Positions 10,916 to 22,023 of a stretch of DNA of 64,000 bases are shown here, in pieces; within the stretch, counting starts at the first letter, position 1; each line of letters begins with the position of its first letter. The notes below the pieces were generated by a model. That model worked only from the letters and a program-made list of their open reading frames with translations. It did no database searches and was not told where the DNA came from. This stretch comes from an uncultured Actinomycetes bacterium (GTDB lineage: Bacteria; Actinomycetota; Acidimicrobiia; Acidimicrobiales; CADCTF01), in assembly GCA_963731055.1 (NCBI GenBank), contig CAVSUD010000016.1:39914-103913 (forward strand), read 5' to 3'. Made by a program: the position numbers and the translations under genes.

Positions 10916-11683
10916 TCAGGAGCCGGTGACCTGTCGGGCGAAGGCGACGGAGCGGGACTCGATCTCGGCGCGGTCGTAGTCGAGGGTGGCGACGTGGAAG
11001 CTGCGCTCGAGGAACACCCGCTCGACGGGGCCCGACACCCGCTCGGCCAGGTGGTCGCTGTTCGACGGCTGGACGACGTGGTCCTGGCGGCTCGTGAACA
11101 GCAGGGTCGGGCAGCGCGATGTCGCGCCAGCCGGCGCCGAGAGCTCGACCTGCGGCCTCGAACAGGGTCAGCAGCGGGGCCAGCGGCGTGCCGTCGTAGG
11201 CGAGCTCGTGCTCGGCCGGGTCGGCGACGTCGCGAGCCGATGCCGGGCGATGACGGTCGGTGCCGCCCGTCGAGGGCCTGGCGCAACAGGTCGACCATCG
11301 GCTCGGCCGGCTCGATCGCGGGGTTGACGACGACGAGCCCGGCGATCTCGGGGTGGCCGGCGGCCAACCAGGTCGCCAGCGTGCCGCCCATCGAGAGGCC
11401 GGCGACCGACGACCTGCTCGCAGCGCGGCGCCAGCTCGGCGTAGGCGGTCTCGGCCGCGGCGCAGCCAGTCGTCCCAGCCGGTCGTCGAGCATGTCCTCG
11501 AGGGTCGTGCCGTGGCCCGGGCAGCAGGGGCAGCTCGACCGTGAACCCGGCCGCGGCGAACGCCTCGGCCAGGCCTCGCATCGACTGCGGGTTGCCGGTG
11601 AAGCCGTGGAGCACGAGCGCGCCGTGCGGCCCGCCGGCGGCCGAGAACGGCTCGGCGCCGGGCGAGGACGCGGACGCGGGCAT
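10916..11683 (-). CDS. alpha/beta hydrolase (carboxylesterase / lysophospholipase-like); frame breaks
   Basis: MPASASSPGAEPFSAAGGPHGALVLHGFTGNPQSMRGLAEAFAAAGFTVELPLLPG (ATG 11683). Nucleophile elbow GLSMGGTLATWLAAGHPEIAGLVVVNP. C-terminus ERVFLERSFHVATLDYDRAEIESRSVAFARQVTGS. Pieces lie in three frames. Confidence 0.78.
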
Positions 11684-11712
11684 CAGTCCGGGCAGGCGTC
11701 CGGTACGGACGC

Positions 11713-12021
11713 TCAGGTGTACGGGTCGTCGGTGAGCGGCTCGGACCACCAGTCCTCCGGGGCCGGCGTCCACTCCGGGTCCTCGTAGATGCAGTCGACG
11801 GGGCACACGGGCGGAGGCACTTGCCGCAGCCCGAGCAGAGCTCGGGGATGATGACGACGTCGATGCCGTGGTTGAAGATGGCCCCGAACTGCGGCGGGCA
11901 GTGGCGCAGGCAGGTGTCGCAGTTGATGCACTCGGACATCTCGATGCGGAACGGCGACGGGCTTCCACTTCGGGTTGCGCTCGCGGTCGCTCAGCCGCTC
12001 GATGCGGTTGGCCGCCGTCAT
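11713..12021 (-). CDS. 4Fe-4S ferredoxin; two frame breaks; start uncertain (ATG 12021 or ATG 11939)
   Basis: MSECINCDTCLRHCPPQFGAIFNHGIDVVIIPELCSGCGKC (Cys cluster motifs, frame of ORF 10908-11939), then PVCPVDCIYEDPEWTPAPEDWWSEPLTDDPYT (ORF 11713-12186). Confidence 0.75.
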   Translation of the reverse strand: MTAANRIERLSDRERNPKWKPVAVPHRDVRVHQLRHLPAPLPAAVRGHLQPRHRRRHHPRALLGLRQVPPPVCPVDCIYEDPEWTPAPEDWWSEPLTDDPYT

Positions 12022-12049
12022 CGGCGACAGGTAGCCGCCGCCCGTCGCT

Positions 12050-12067
12050 CTTGACCCTGCGGTCAAG
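12050..12067. promoter_or_regulatory. candidate TetR operator: inverted repeat CTTGACC-ctgc-GGTCAAG in the ferredoxin/tetR divergent intergenic region
   Basis: The 7-bp arms are perfectly complementary, with a 4-nt spacer. It lies between ferredoxin start 12021 (-) and tetR start 12114 (+). Confidence 0.4.
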
Positions 12068-12113
12068 ACGTGGTGGGATCTGCCTCCGGGCGAAGCGCTG
12101 GGGGTGACCCGCT

Positions 12114-12779
12114 GTGACCACTGGCGACGGCGACCGCCGCCTGACCACGCAGGGCGCACGAGCGCAAGCAGCAGCTGCTCGACCACGCCGCCGAGCTCTT
12201 CGCCGAGCGGGGCTACGCCGAGACGCGGGTCCTCGACATCGTGCAGGCGGCCGGCGTGGCCAAGGGCCTCTTCTACTGGTACTTCGACAACAAGGAAGCG
12301 CGTCTTCCGCGAGCTCGTCGAGCTGACGCGGACAGCGGATGCGGGCCCAGCAGAAGCTGGACATCGACCCGACGGCCAACCCGCTGCTCCGGCTGCGGCA
12401 GGGCACGGAGTCGTCGATCCGGTTCATGGGCGAGCACCGTCGCCTCTACTCGATCATCGATCTCGAGTCGCTCGGTCCGTCGCTCACCGCGCTGTTGCGC
12501 TCGGGCGGTGACGTGCACGCCCGGGACAACGCCCGCCACATCCAAGACGGGATCGCCCAGGGGATCATCCGCGACGACGACCCGCTGATGCTGGCGTGGA
12601 GCCTCGTCGGCACCGTCTCCTCCTTCAGCCACCTGCACCGGACCGGCCGCATCGACCGCACGCTCGACGACCTGGCCGAGTTCGCCGGGCGCTTCGTCGT
12701 TCGCGCCCTCGCGGCGAGCGACGAGATCGCCGAGGAGGCATCGTCGGGCACGTTGCCCGATCTGGTGCAGCAGGCCTAG
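12114..12779 (+). CDS. TetR/AcrR family transcriptional regulator; two frame breaks (~12160 and ~12300-12340)
   Basis: HTH region RKQQLLDHAAELFAERGYAETRVLDIVQAAGVAKGLFYWYFDNKEA. The C-terminal ligand domain is intact in ORF 12339-12779. Confidence 0.82.
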
Positions 12780-12811
12780 CGTCCGCGCGCCGACCGTCGA
12801 AGGAGAACCGC

Positions 12812-13216
12812 GTGCCGAAGTACCCGTTCCTCAGCTCCGAGTGGATCGCCGAAGCGAAGAAGATCTACGAGGGCTCGGGCGCCGGCGCGTCGGGCGTGCC
12901 CGCCATCCGGATGAACCAGGTCATCACCGAGGTGCCCTTCGGCGACGGTCCGATCGAGGCCCACATGGACTCCTCCACCGGCACGATGCAGATGGACCTC
13001 GGCCACATCGACGGCGCCGAGGTGAAGATCACCGTGCCCTACGCCGTGGCCAAGGCGATCTTCATCGACGGCAACCCGGCCGCCGGGATGCAGGCCTTCA
13101 TGTCCGGTCAGATCAAGGTCGAAGGCGACATGACCAAGCTGATGGCCATGCAGGGCGCGGCCCCCGACGCCGACGCCATGGCCATCCAGCAGCAGATCAA
13201 GGACATCACCGCGTAG
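12812..13216 (+). CDS. SCP2 sterol-transfer domain protein
   Basis: GTG 12812 is preceded by AAGGAG. VPKYPFLSSEWIAEAKKIYE...AKAIFIDGNPAAGMQAFMSGQIKVEGDMTKLMAMQ is the SCP2 C-terminal hallmark. Intact. Confidence 0.85.
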   Translation: MPKYPFLSSEWIAEAKKIYEGSGAGASGVPAIRMNQVITEVPFGDGPIEAHMDSSTGTMQMDLGHIDGAEVKITVPYAVAKAIFIDGNPAAGMQAFMSGQIKVEGDMTKLMAMQGAAPDADAMAIQQQIKDITA

Positions 13217-13524
13217 TCGGCCTCGCTCTGCGTCGCTGACGCTCCTTTCCGCTCGGCTGGCGTCTCGTCGCTGGCGCTTCCCTCGACGCCGTAGTCGGCC
13301 TCGCTCTGCGTCGCTGACGCTCCTTTCCGCTCGGCTGGCGACTCGTCGCTGGCGCTTCCCTCGACGCCGTAGTCGGCCTCGCTCTGCGTCGCTGACGCTC
13401 CTTTCCGCTCGGCTGGCGACTCGTCGCTGGCGCTTCCCTCGACGCCGTAGTCGGCCTCGCTCTGCGTCGCTGACGCTCCTTTCCGCTCGGCTGGCGACTC
13501 GTCGCTGGCGCTTCCCTCGACGCA
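13213..13524. repeat. tandem repeat, 4 copies of a 78-bp unit (GTAGTCGGCCTCGCTCTGCGTCGCTGACGCTCCTTTCCGCTCGGCTGGCGACTCGTCGCTGGCGCTTCCCTCGACGCC)
   Basis: Unit starts at 13213, 13291, 13369 and 13447. There are only two mismatches overall: 13263 (T vs A) and the last base, 13524. It fills the gap between the convergent SCP2 (stop 13214-13216) and MFS (stop 13529-13531) genes. Confidence 0.97.
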
Positions 13525-13528
13525 GCCC

Positions 13529-15024
13529 TCAGGACCCGAGTGGTTCGCGGTCGGCGCTGCGGAGGAAGAAGGCGCAGACGACCCCGGCGGCGCAGACGCA
13601 GGCGCCGACGAGGTAGGCGGAGCGGAACGAGCCGACCAGCCCCTGCGACGGCTCGCGAGCGGCCTGGATCGTGCTCATGAGCTGGATGCCGGCGACGACC
13701 CCCACCTGGGTCATGAGCTGCTGCGCGGCGCTGGCGATGCCCAGCTGCTCCTCCCTCACCGAGTTGGCGACGCTCGAGCTGATCGACGGCGAGGCCATGC
13801 CCATGCCCACGCCGGACAGGGCGAGGGCCCCGATGATGAAGAGGTCGGCCGAGTTCGGCGTGACCATCGAGAACGCGAGCATCGACCCGACCACCGCGAT
13901 GGTGCCGGCGACGGCGGCCGAGCGCTCCCCCACCTTGACCGCGAGGTAGCCCGCCACCGGCGCGGCGATGGAGAACGTCAGGGGCCGGGCCAGGACGAAG
14001 AACCCGATCTTGCTCTCGCCGTAGCCGAACATCCGCCCGAGGAGGATCGGCGAGAGGATGAACCCGCCCATGTAGGCGAAGTTGGCGAACATCTGGGCGC
14101 CGATGGGGAGGGAGAAGTTCCGGCGCCGGATGATGTCGAGGGGCAGCAACGGCTCCTCGGCGCGGCGCTCGATCGACACGAAGGTGGCCAGCGCCAGGGG
14201 ACCGAGCAGGAAGCCGCCGACGACGAGGGGCGACGACCAGCCCCACTCGGGGCCCCGGTTCAGGGCGAACAGCACCGACGTGATCCCGAGGGCGAGGGTG
14301 CCGGCGCCGCCCCAGTCGAGGCGGTGGCGGTCGCCCCGCGGCGTCTCCCGCAGCACGGCGTAGGCGAGGCCGAGCGCCGCGAGCGTCAGCGGCACCTGCG
14401 CGACGAAGATCCACCGCCAGCCGACGCAGCTCGATGAGCGGTCCGCCGATGGCCACGCCGATCACGGGCCCGCCGGCGCCGACCAGCGACCACCAGCCCA
14501 TCGCCTTGACGCGGTCGTCGCGATCGAACTCGCTGAAGATGAGCGCCATCGACGCTGCGCCCGTGGCCGCGCCCTCGACCGCGCTCAGGGTGCGGATCAC
14601 GATGAGGGCGGTCGCGCTCCACGCCAGGGCGCTCGAGCGCGGCGAAGACGCTGGCCCCGGCCAGGCCGAGGAGATAGGTGCGGCGATGGCCCTTCAGGTC
14701 GCCGACCTTGCCGAGCACCGGCGCCACGATCCCGAAGGCCAGGAGAGGGCCGGTGATGACCCACGTGAGGGTGTTGGTGGTCGTGCCGAAGTCGCGGGCG
14801 ATCCGGGGCAACGCGACGGCGAAGATCGTGAACGTGACGTTGACGCTGAAGAGGCCGGCGAGCACGGTCCACAGCACCCACCACCGGAACCGGTCGCTGC
14901 CATGGGCATGCGCCGTCAGCCGGGTCCGCAGGAGGATCGGCCAGGGCACGCTCACCGCCTCCGACTCGCCGGCGTAGCCGACCGTCAGGGTCTCGTCGGA
15001 GGTGCGGGGGTGGTGGTCGACCAT
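13529..15024 (-). CDS. MFS transporter (drug:H+ antiporter-like); frame breaks around 14390-14650
   Basis: N-terminus MVDHHPRTSDE...RFRWWVLWTVLAGLFSVNVTFTIFAVALPRIARDFGTTTNTLTWVITGPLLAFGIVAPVLGKVGDLKGHRRTYLLGLAG (ORF 14386-15102). The C-terminal 288 aa are intact in ORF 13529-14395. Confidence 0.82.
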
Positions 15025-15227
15025 GGCGGGAGGGACGCTATCGGCGCCGAAAACCCCGCACGGTCCGAAGGGGCGGCGGCACCGGCAGTGGCTGGGGAAC
15101 ACTGCCTCAGCAACGCCACCCCGTCGGGCCCTGCGGGGTCGACGGCAACGCTACCCACTGCGGGGCACGGAAACGACGGTGATCCCCCGAAATGACCCGA
15201 ACGGACTAGTCATCCCCGCCCCGACGA

Positions 15228-16110
15228 CTAGCCGACGAGCTTCTTCATCTCCGCTTCGAGCTCCGCGACGCTCCAGCGGTCGTCCTTCTCGACGCCCTCG
15301 GTCATGGTCCAGCCCTGGAACACCTTGACGGTGCCGCCCTGCACGAAGAACGACCTTGCCCTGTGCACGGGCAGTCCTCGGTGGCCAGGTAGGCGACCAG
15401 CGGGCGAGATGTTGGCCGGGTCCCACACGTCGAACTTGCCCGGCGTCCTCGGGCGCCTTGACGATGTCGCCGAGGCCCGGGGTGGCCTCGGTCAGCCGGG
15501 TGCGGGCGGCCGGGGCGATGGCGTTGAGCGCGACGCCGTAGCGGGCCAGCTCCTGGGCGCAGATGACGGTGAACGCGGCGATGCCGGCCTTGGCCGCGCC
15601 GTAGTTGGTCTGGCCCGGGTTGCCGAGCAGGCCCGACGTCGACGACGTGTTCACGATGTTGGCCTTGACCTCCTTGCCCGCCTTGGACTGCTCGCGCCAG
15701 TAGGCGGCGGCCCAGCGGGTCGGCACGAAGTGGCCCTTGAGGTGGACGTCGATGACGGCGTCCCACTCCTCCTCGGTCATGTTCACGAGCACGCGGTCGC
15801 GCAGGATGCCGGCGTTGTTGACGAGGACGTGGAGGTCGCCGAAGGTCTCGACGGCGGTGTTGACCAGGCGCTGGCCGCCCTCCCAGTCGGCGACGTCGTC
15901 GCCGTTGGCGACGGCCTCGCCGCCCATCGCCTGGATCTCGTCGACGACCTGCTGCGCCGGCGAACGATCGTCGCCCGTCCCGTCGACGGCGCCGCCGAGG
16001 TCGTTGACGACGACCTTGGCGCCCTCCGCGGCGAAGAGCAGCGCGTGCTCGCGGCCGATGCCGCGGCCGGCGCCGGTGATGATGGCGACGCGACCGTCGA
16101 GAGCACCCAT
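15228..16110 (-). CDS. short-chain dehydrogenase/reductase (SDR); one or two frame breaks near 15330-15440
   Basis: MGALDGRVAIITGAGRGIGREHALLFAAEGAKVVVND, NNAGILRD, catalytic YGAAKAG. C-terminus KVFQGWTMTEGVEKDDRWSVAELEAEMKKLVG (ORF 15228-15428). Confidence 0.85.
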
Positions 16111-16113
16111 GTG

Positions 16114-16181
16114 GAATTGACCTCCGGAGATCCGATGAAGAGGTCGCGAGGCTTGCAAACGCCTGACCGGACGGTCAATTC
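16114..16181 (-). promoter_or_regulatory. 14-bp (one bulge) stem-loop between the kinase stop and the SDR start; its 3' arm contains the SDR Shine-Dalgarno GGAGG
   Basis: GAATTGACCTCCGG (16114-16127) is complementary to CCGGA(C)GGTCAATTC (16167-16181). The kinase stop codon (16180-16182) lies in one arm. GGAGG (16121-16125, minus strand) lies in the other arm, 10 nt upstream of ATG 16110. Confidence 0.4.
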
Positions 16182-18079
16182 AACGGGTGTACACGTCCAC
16201 GGTCGCACCCTTGTCCACCTTTGCGCCGGCCGAAGGGCTCGAAGCGAAGATGGCCCGCTTCGGCGGTCCGAAGCGGTCGCCCAGCCGGAGCCCGGCCGCC
16301 TCGAGCTTCGCCGACGCCTCGTCCTCGCTCAACCCGGTGAGGTTGGGCACCGCCACCTGCTCGGGTCCCTTGGAGACGATGACCGTCACCTCGCTGCCCG
16401 GCGCGACCGGCGTGGCGGGGTTGGTGGCGATCACCTTGCCCGCCCCGACCTTGTCGCTGAACGCCTCCTCCTTCTTCGCCTTCACGCCGAGGCCTTCGAG
16501 GAGCTTCTGGTACTCGTCGTAGACCTTGTCGAGGAAGCTCGGTAGCTCCTTCGGTTCGGGGCCCTTCGAGAAGGTCACGGTGACGGCGGCCCCCCGGGCG
16601 ACGCCGTCGCCCTTCGGCGTCCAGTCGATGACCACGTCCTTGGGGATCGACGGGTGGAAGACCTCCTGGGCCGCGAACCCGAGCTGCAGGTCGGTCAGGG
16701 TCGCCTGCACCTCGGCCCGGGTCCGGCCGCTGAGGTCGGGCACCGTGCGCGGCTCCGGGCCGTCGCTCACCCGGACGCGGATGATGCCGCCCCGGTCGAG
16801 GGAGTCCTTCGGGAGCGGCGACTGGTCGAGGATCACGCCCTTCGGCACCGTCTCGTCCCAGAAGTCCCCGGCGACCTCGCGGACCCGGAACGCCTCCTCG
16901 CCGGCGACGAGCCGTTGCGCGTCGGCCACGGTGCGGCCCTTGACGTCGATCACGGCGAAGCTCGGCGTCGACGACGCAGCCACGCCGAAGACGACGGCCG
17001 CAGCCGCCGCCAGGAACACCAGGACGAGCAGCACCTTCGGCCACCGGCGGGCGCGCCGCCGTTCCTCCACGACCGGTCCGTGCTCGGCCTCGGCGTCGAA
17101 GAGTCGGCGCGCCGCCCACGGGCGCCGGGGACGCGCCCGCGGTGGGCGCGACCGCACCGATGAAGGTGAGGTCCTCGGGACGGGCCGGGTCCACCAGCGG
17201 GCGGGGAACGGCGGTGGCCAGGGGCAGCGGCGCGGGCCGGGGCAGGTCGGGCGCAGCCGCCTCGAGGCGTCGAGCCAGCTCGCCGGCATCGATGCGATCG
17301 GCCGGGTCGGGCGCACCCGCGGCCTCGAGCACCGGCGCCAGCGGACCGAGTGACTCGGGCACGCCGAGGGGCCGGTCGACGCGGGCCATCAGCGTGGCGA
17401 TGGTCGTGTCGGCGGCGAACGGAAGACGACCGGTCACGGCCTCGACGAGCGTCAAGGCCAAGGCGTACACGTCGGCCTTGCCGTCGACCGACGAGCCCTT
17501 CGCCTGCTCCGGGGAGGCGTAGCGCGCCGTGCCGAGGACCGCGCCCGCCGGCTCGGTCCACGCCGCCTCGGCCAGCGCCCGCGCCAGGCCGAAATCGGCG
17601 ATCGAGAGCCGGCCTTCGTCGTCGAACAGCAGGTTGGCCGGCTTGATGTCGCGATGCACGAGCCCGCGACGGTGGGCGTAGTCGAGGCCGCGCGCGGCGT
17701 CGAGTCCGACGGCGAGGGCCTGCGACACGCTCAGCCGATGACCGGTGTCGAGGAGGTCGCGGAGGCTGCCACCGCTGAGGTGCTCGAGCACCAGGAACGG
17801 ACCGTCCGCGTCCTGCCCCCAGTCGAACACCTGCATCACGTGGGCGTGCCGGAGCCCGGCGGCCGCCTGCGCCTCGGCCCGGAACCGGCGCAGGAACGAC
17901 TCGTCGTCGGCCAGCGCCGGGTGCAGCACCTTCACGGCGACGCGACGGCGCAGCTCGACGTCCTCAGCGAGGTAGACGTGCGCCGACGCGCCGGTGCCGA
18001 TCGGAGCGACGAGTCGGTACCGCCGCCCGAGCACGCGGCCGATCTGGTCGGCGATCGCGCGGCGTGGCCACGGGTCCAA
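16180..18079 (-). CDS. Ser/Thr protein kinase with extracellular PASTA repeats (PknB-like); one frame break near 17100-17250
   Basis: GTGASAHVYLAED..VAVKVL, HRDIKPANLL, DFGLARA, SPEQAKG. TM segment RWPKVLLVLVFLAAAAAVVFGVAA. About four PASTA-like repeats follow (GRTVADAQRLV, GRTRAEVQATL, LSEDEASAKLEAAGL). The start (TTG 18079) is uncertain. Confidence 0.88.
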
Positions 18080-18156
18080 GGTAGTGGCCGGCCCCGGCCT
18101 TCACGGGGAGGGTCGCAGCCTCCGCGACTACGGGTTGACGGGCGCGGATCGTCAGA

Positions 18157-18591
18157 ATGGGCGCCATGAAGCCGTGGCTCCGGCCGCTCGTGGTCTGCCT
18201 CCTCCTCGGCGTCGCCGCCTATCTCCTCTTCCTCGGCTTCACGAGTCAGGCCCAAGAGGAGGTGCCCGTGCGGCGGGCGGGGCTCGTGCGGGTGTTCCCG
18301 AAAGAGGGGTCCGTCGCGGTCCGGCAGGACGCGGTCGGCGCCGAGCTCTCCTTCGACTACACCGGCCGCATCGAGATCGACCGCCGCCCCATCCCGGACG
18401 ATCAGATGGACAAGATCCCCGGCATCAACCGCTTCTCCTTCAGCCCCGGCGCCGGCAAGGAGATCGAGTCGCTCGACGAGGGTCGGCACTGCGTGAGCCT
18501 CATCTACTGGCGCGGCGTCGGAGACCGAGAACGAAGCCGGTCGCCCCTACACCTGGTGCTTCACCGCCGCCTGACGCTTCCGGCCGGCTGA
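18157..18591 (+). CDS. hypothetical membrane-anchored protein (possible frame shift near the 3' end; alternative stop ~18575)
   Basis: MGAMKPWLRPLVVCLLLGVAAYLLFLGF has an N-terminal TM segment. No family recognised. It is divergent from the kinase gene. Confidence 0.5.
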   Translation: MGAMKPWLRPLVVCLLLGVAAYLLFLGFTSQAQEEVPVRRAGLVRVFPKEGSVAVRQDAVGAELSFDYTGRIEIDRRPIPDDQMDKIPGINRFSFSPGAGKEIESLDEGRHCVSLIYWRGVGDRERSRSPLHLVLHRRLTLPAG

Positions 18592-18613
18592 CCGCCGCCG
18601 ACCGCCGGGCGAG

Positions 18614-20649
<2,036 letters not shown>

Positions 20650-20674
20650 GGCGGAGAAGCTACCGGCCGGGTCC

Positions 20675-21682
20675 TCAGGCGCCGGCCGACATGCGGGCGG
20701 CGATGGCCTGGTCCTGCACCCGCTCGGCGACCCGCCGCACGAGGTGGTGGACCGTTGCGATCTGCTCCGGGCCGTGGAAGGCGAGCCCGCAGGCCGGGGT
20801 GATGATCGCCTGCGTGCGGAGCCGCATCGGGTCGCACCCGTTGCGGGAGAGCTCGCACCAGAGCTCGGTCAGCCGGCGCCAGTGCACGTCCTCCCGATCC
20901 CCGAGCGGGCGGTCGGTCGGCACCGCCCCCCAGGCGATCCAACCGCCGCGATCGAGGAACGTCGACAGGGCGGAGGCGTCGTCACCGACGACCGCGTCGA
21001 CGGGCATCGACAGGAGATCGGGACCGGCCTGGAGCACGAGGCGCCAGTCGGTCGGCCCGCAGCAGTGCACGCCGGCCATGGCCGCCCCGCGGCCGGCCGT
21101 GGCCAGGCCGCCCGAAAGGAGGTCGATGGTGTCGTCGGCACCGAGCGGGAACCGGCCGCCCGGATAGGCCACGAGGCCGGGCTCGTCGAGGACGAGCACC
21201 ACCGGGCGTCCGGGTAGCTCCTGCGCGGCCGTGCGCAACAGGGCCGTCACGCGACTGCCGACGATTTCGCCGGCGATGGGAAACGCCCGGTTCACTCGGG
21301 CCCCGGCCGCGGCCAGGGCGAGCCCCAGCGTGACCGGGCCGGCGACCTGGACCTTGACCGGTCCGGTGTGACCCTGCGCCGCCGCCGTCCGGAGGAAGGC
21401 GACGGTGGACGCCCACGCCTGGGCATCGAGGGGCTGGTCGGGGTCCGGAGCGCCGAGGCGGCGGCGGTCGACGACCAGCCCGCCCCGCCCGTCGACGGCG
21501 ATCCCGGGGGCGCCGGCGGCCACCTGAGCCAGCATGCCCTCGGCGACGTGACGGCCGGGCAGCTGCGGCGCACACGGGAGCTCGGGGGTCAACGCCAGTG
21601 CCATCCTCGCCGCCTCGTCGACGTCGAGGTGGGGCAGGCTGCCCACGGCCGACGGCGTGCCGGGCGAGAGGAGGGCCGGCAT
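20675..21682 (-). CDS. MetE C-terminal-like (cobalamin-independent methionine synthase / UROD-fold) family protein
   Basis: Intact 335-aa ORF. GVHCCGPTDW and IITPACGLA resemble the His/Cys zinc-ligand motifs of the MetE-like family. It sits downstream of ligA, as in other actinobacteria. Confidence 0.6.
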   Translation of the reverse strand: MPALLSPGTPSAVGSLPHLDVDEAARMALALTPELPCAPQLPGRHVAEGMLAQVAAGAPGIAVDGRGGLVVDRRRLGAPDPDQPLDAQAWASTVAFLRTAAAQGHTGPVKVQVAGPVTLGLALAAAGARVNRAFPIAGEIVGSRVTALLRTAAQELPGRPVVLVLDEPGLVAYPGGRFPLGADDTIDLLSGGLATAGRGAAMAGVHCCGPTDWRLVLQAGPDLLSMPVDAVVGDDASALSTFLDRGGWIAWGAVPTDRPLGDREDVHWRRLTELWCELSRNGCDPMRLRTQAIITPACGLAFHGPEQIATVHHLVRRVAERVQDQAIAARMSAGA

Positions 21683-21918
21683 CAGGCGCCGGTCGCCTTC
21701 TTGGCCCGGGGGGCTCGCACCTTGCGGGCCGGTGCGGCGGGCTCGGCGGGCGCTTCGACGCCCCCGAGCACGGCGAGGACGACCTCGCGGCTGGCGTCGA
21801 GCGCAGCCAGCACGTCCTCGGCGGGAGCGGCCTCCTGGCGCACGGCGAGGCTGTACCGCTTGATGACCTCGAGGTCGACCAGCCGGACCTCGTTCCCCAT
21901 CCGCTCCCCCTGCTCCAC
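21682..21918 (-). CDS. small hypothetical protein (78 aa or shorter), translationally coupled to the MetE-like gene (TGATG)
   Basis: Intact ORF MEQGERMGNEVRLVDLEVIKRYSLAVRQEAAPAEDVLAALD... with a Lys/Arg-rich tail. The stop shares one base with the downstream ATG 21682. Confidence 0.45.
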   Translation of the reverse strand: MEQGERMGNEVRLVDLEVIKRYSLAVRQEAAPAEDVLAALDASREVVLAVLGGVEAPAEPAAPARKVRAPRAKKATGA

Positions 21919-22023
21919 CGCGTCCTCCTGCGACGAATCAACCTACCGATCGGCGGTTCGAACGGAAAATCCAGAAGTCCGCGTTGGTCGGTGGCGGACG
22001 ACCTCTGCGAGCATCTACGGCGG

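Noticed and set aside
13213-13524. The tandem repeat as a CRISPR array.
   Set aside because: The units are directly abutting with no unique spacers. The unit is 78 bp, there is no strong palindrome, and no cas genes are nearby.
13206-14600. The 464-aa ORF whose C-terminus is four copies of ASREAPATSRQPSGKERQRRRARPTT.
   Set aside because: This frame is out of frame with the MFS gene it overlaps. Its third-position GC in the repeat (18/26) is no higher than bulk GC. It is a read-through of the 78-bp tandem repeat, not a protein I can support.
15025-15227. The 200-bp spacer upstream of the MFS gene as a riboswitch or small RNA. It contains a GGCAGTG/CACTGCC stem and an unusually AT-rich ACTAGT stretch.
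   Set aside because: I could not match it to any riboswitch consensus by eye, and the stems are short. It is noted but not claimed.
21955-21962. GGTTCGAA, a T-loop-like motif hinting at a tRNA in the 21919-22023 intergenic region.
   Set aside because: The flanking bases cannot form a T-stem (GGCGG vs GGAAA). No acceptor or anticodon stems can be drawn. This is a chance match.
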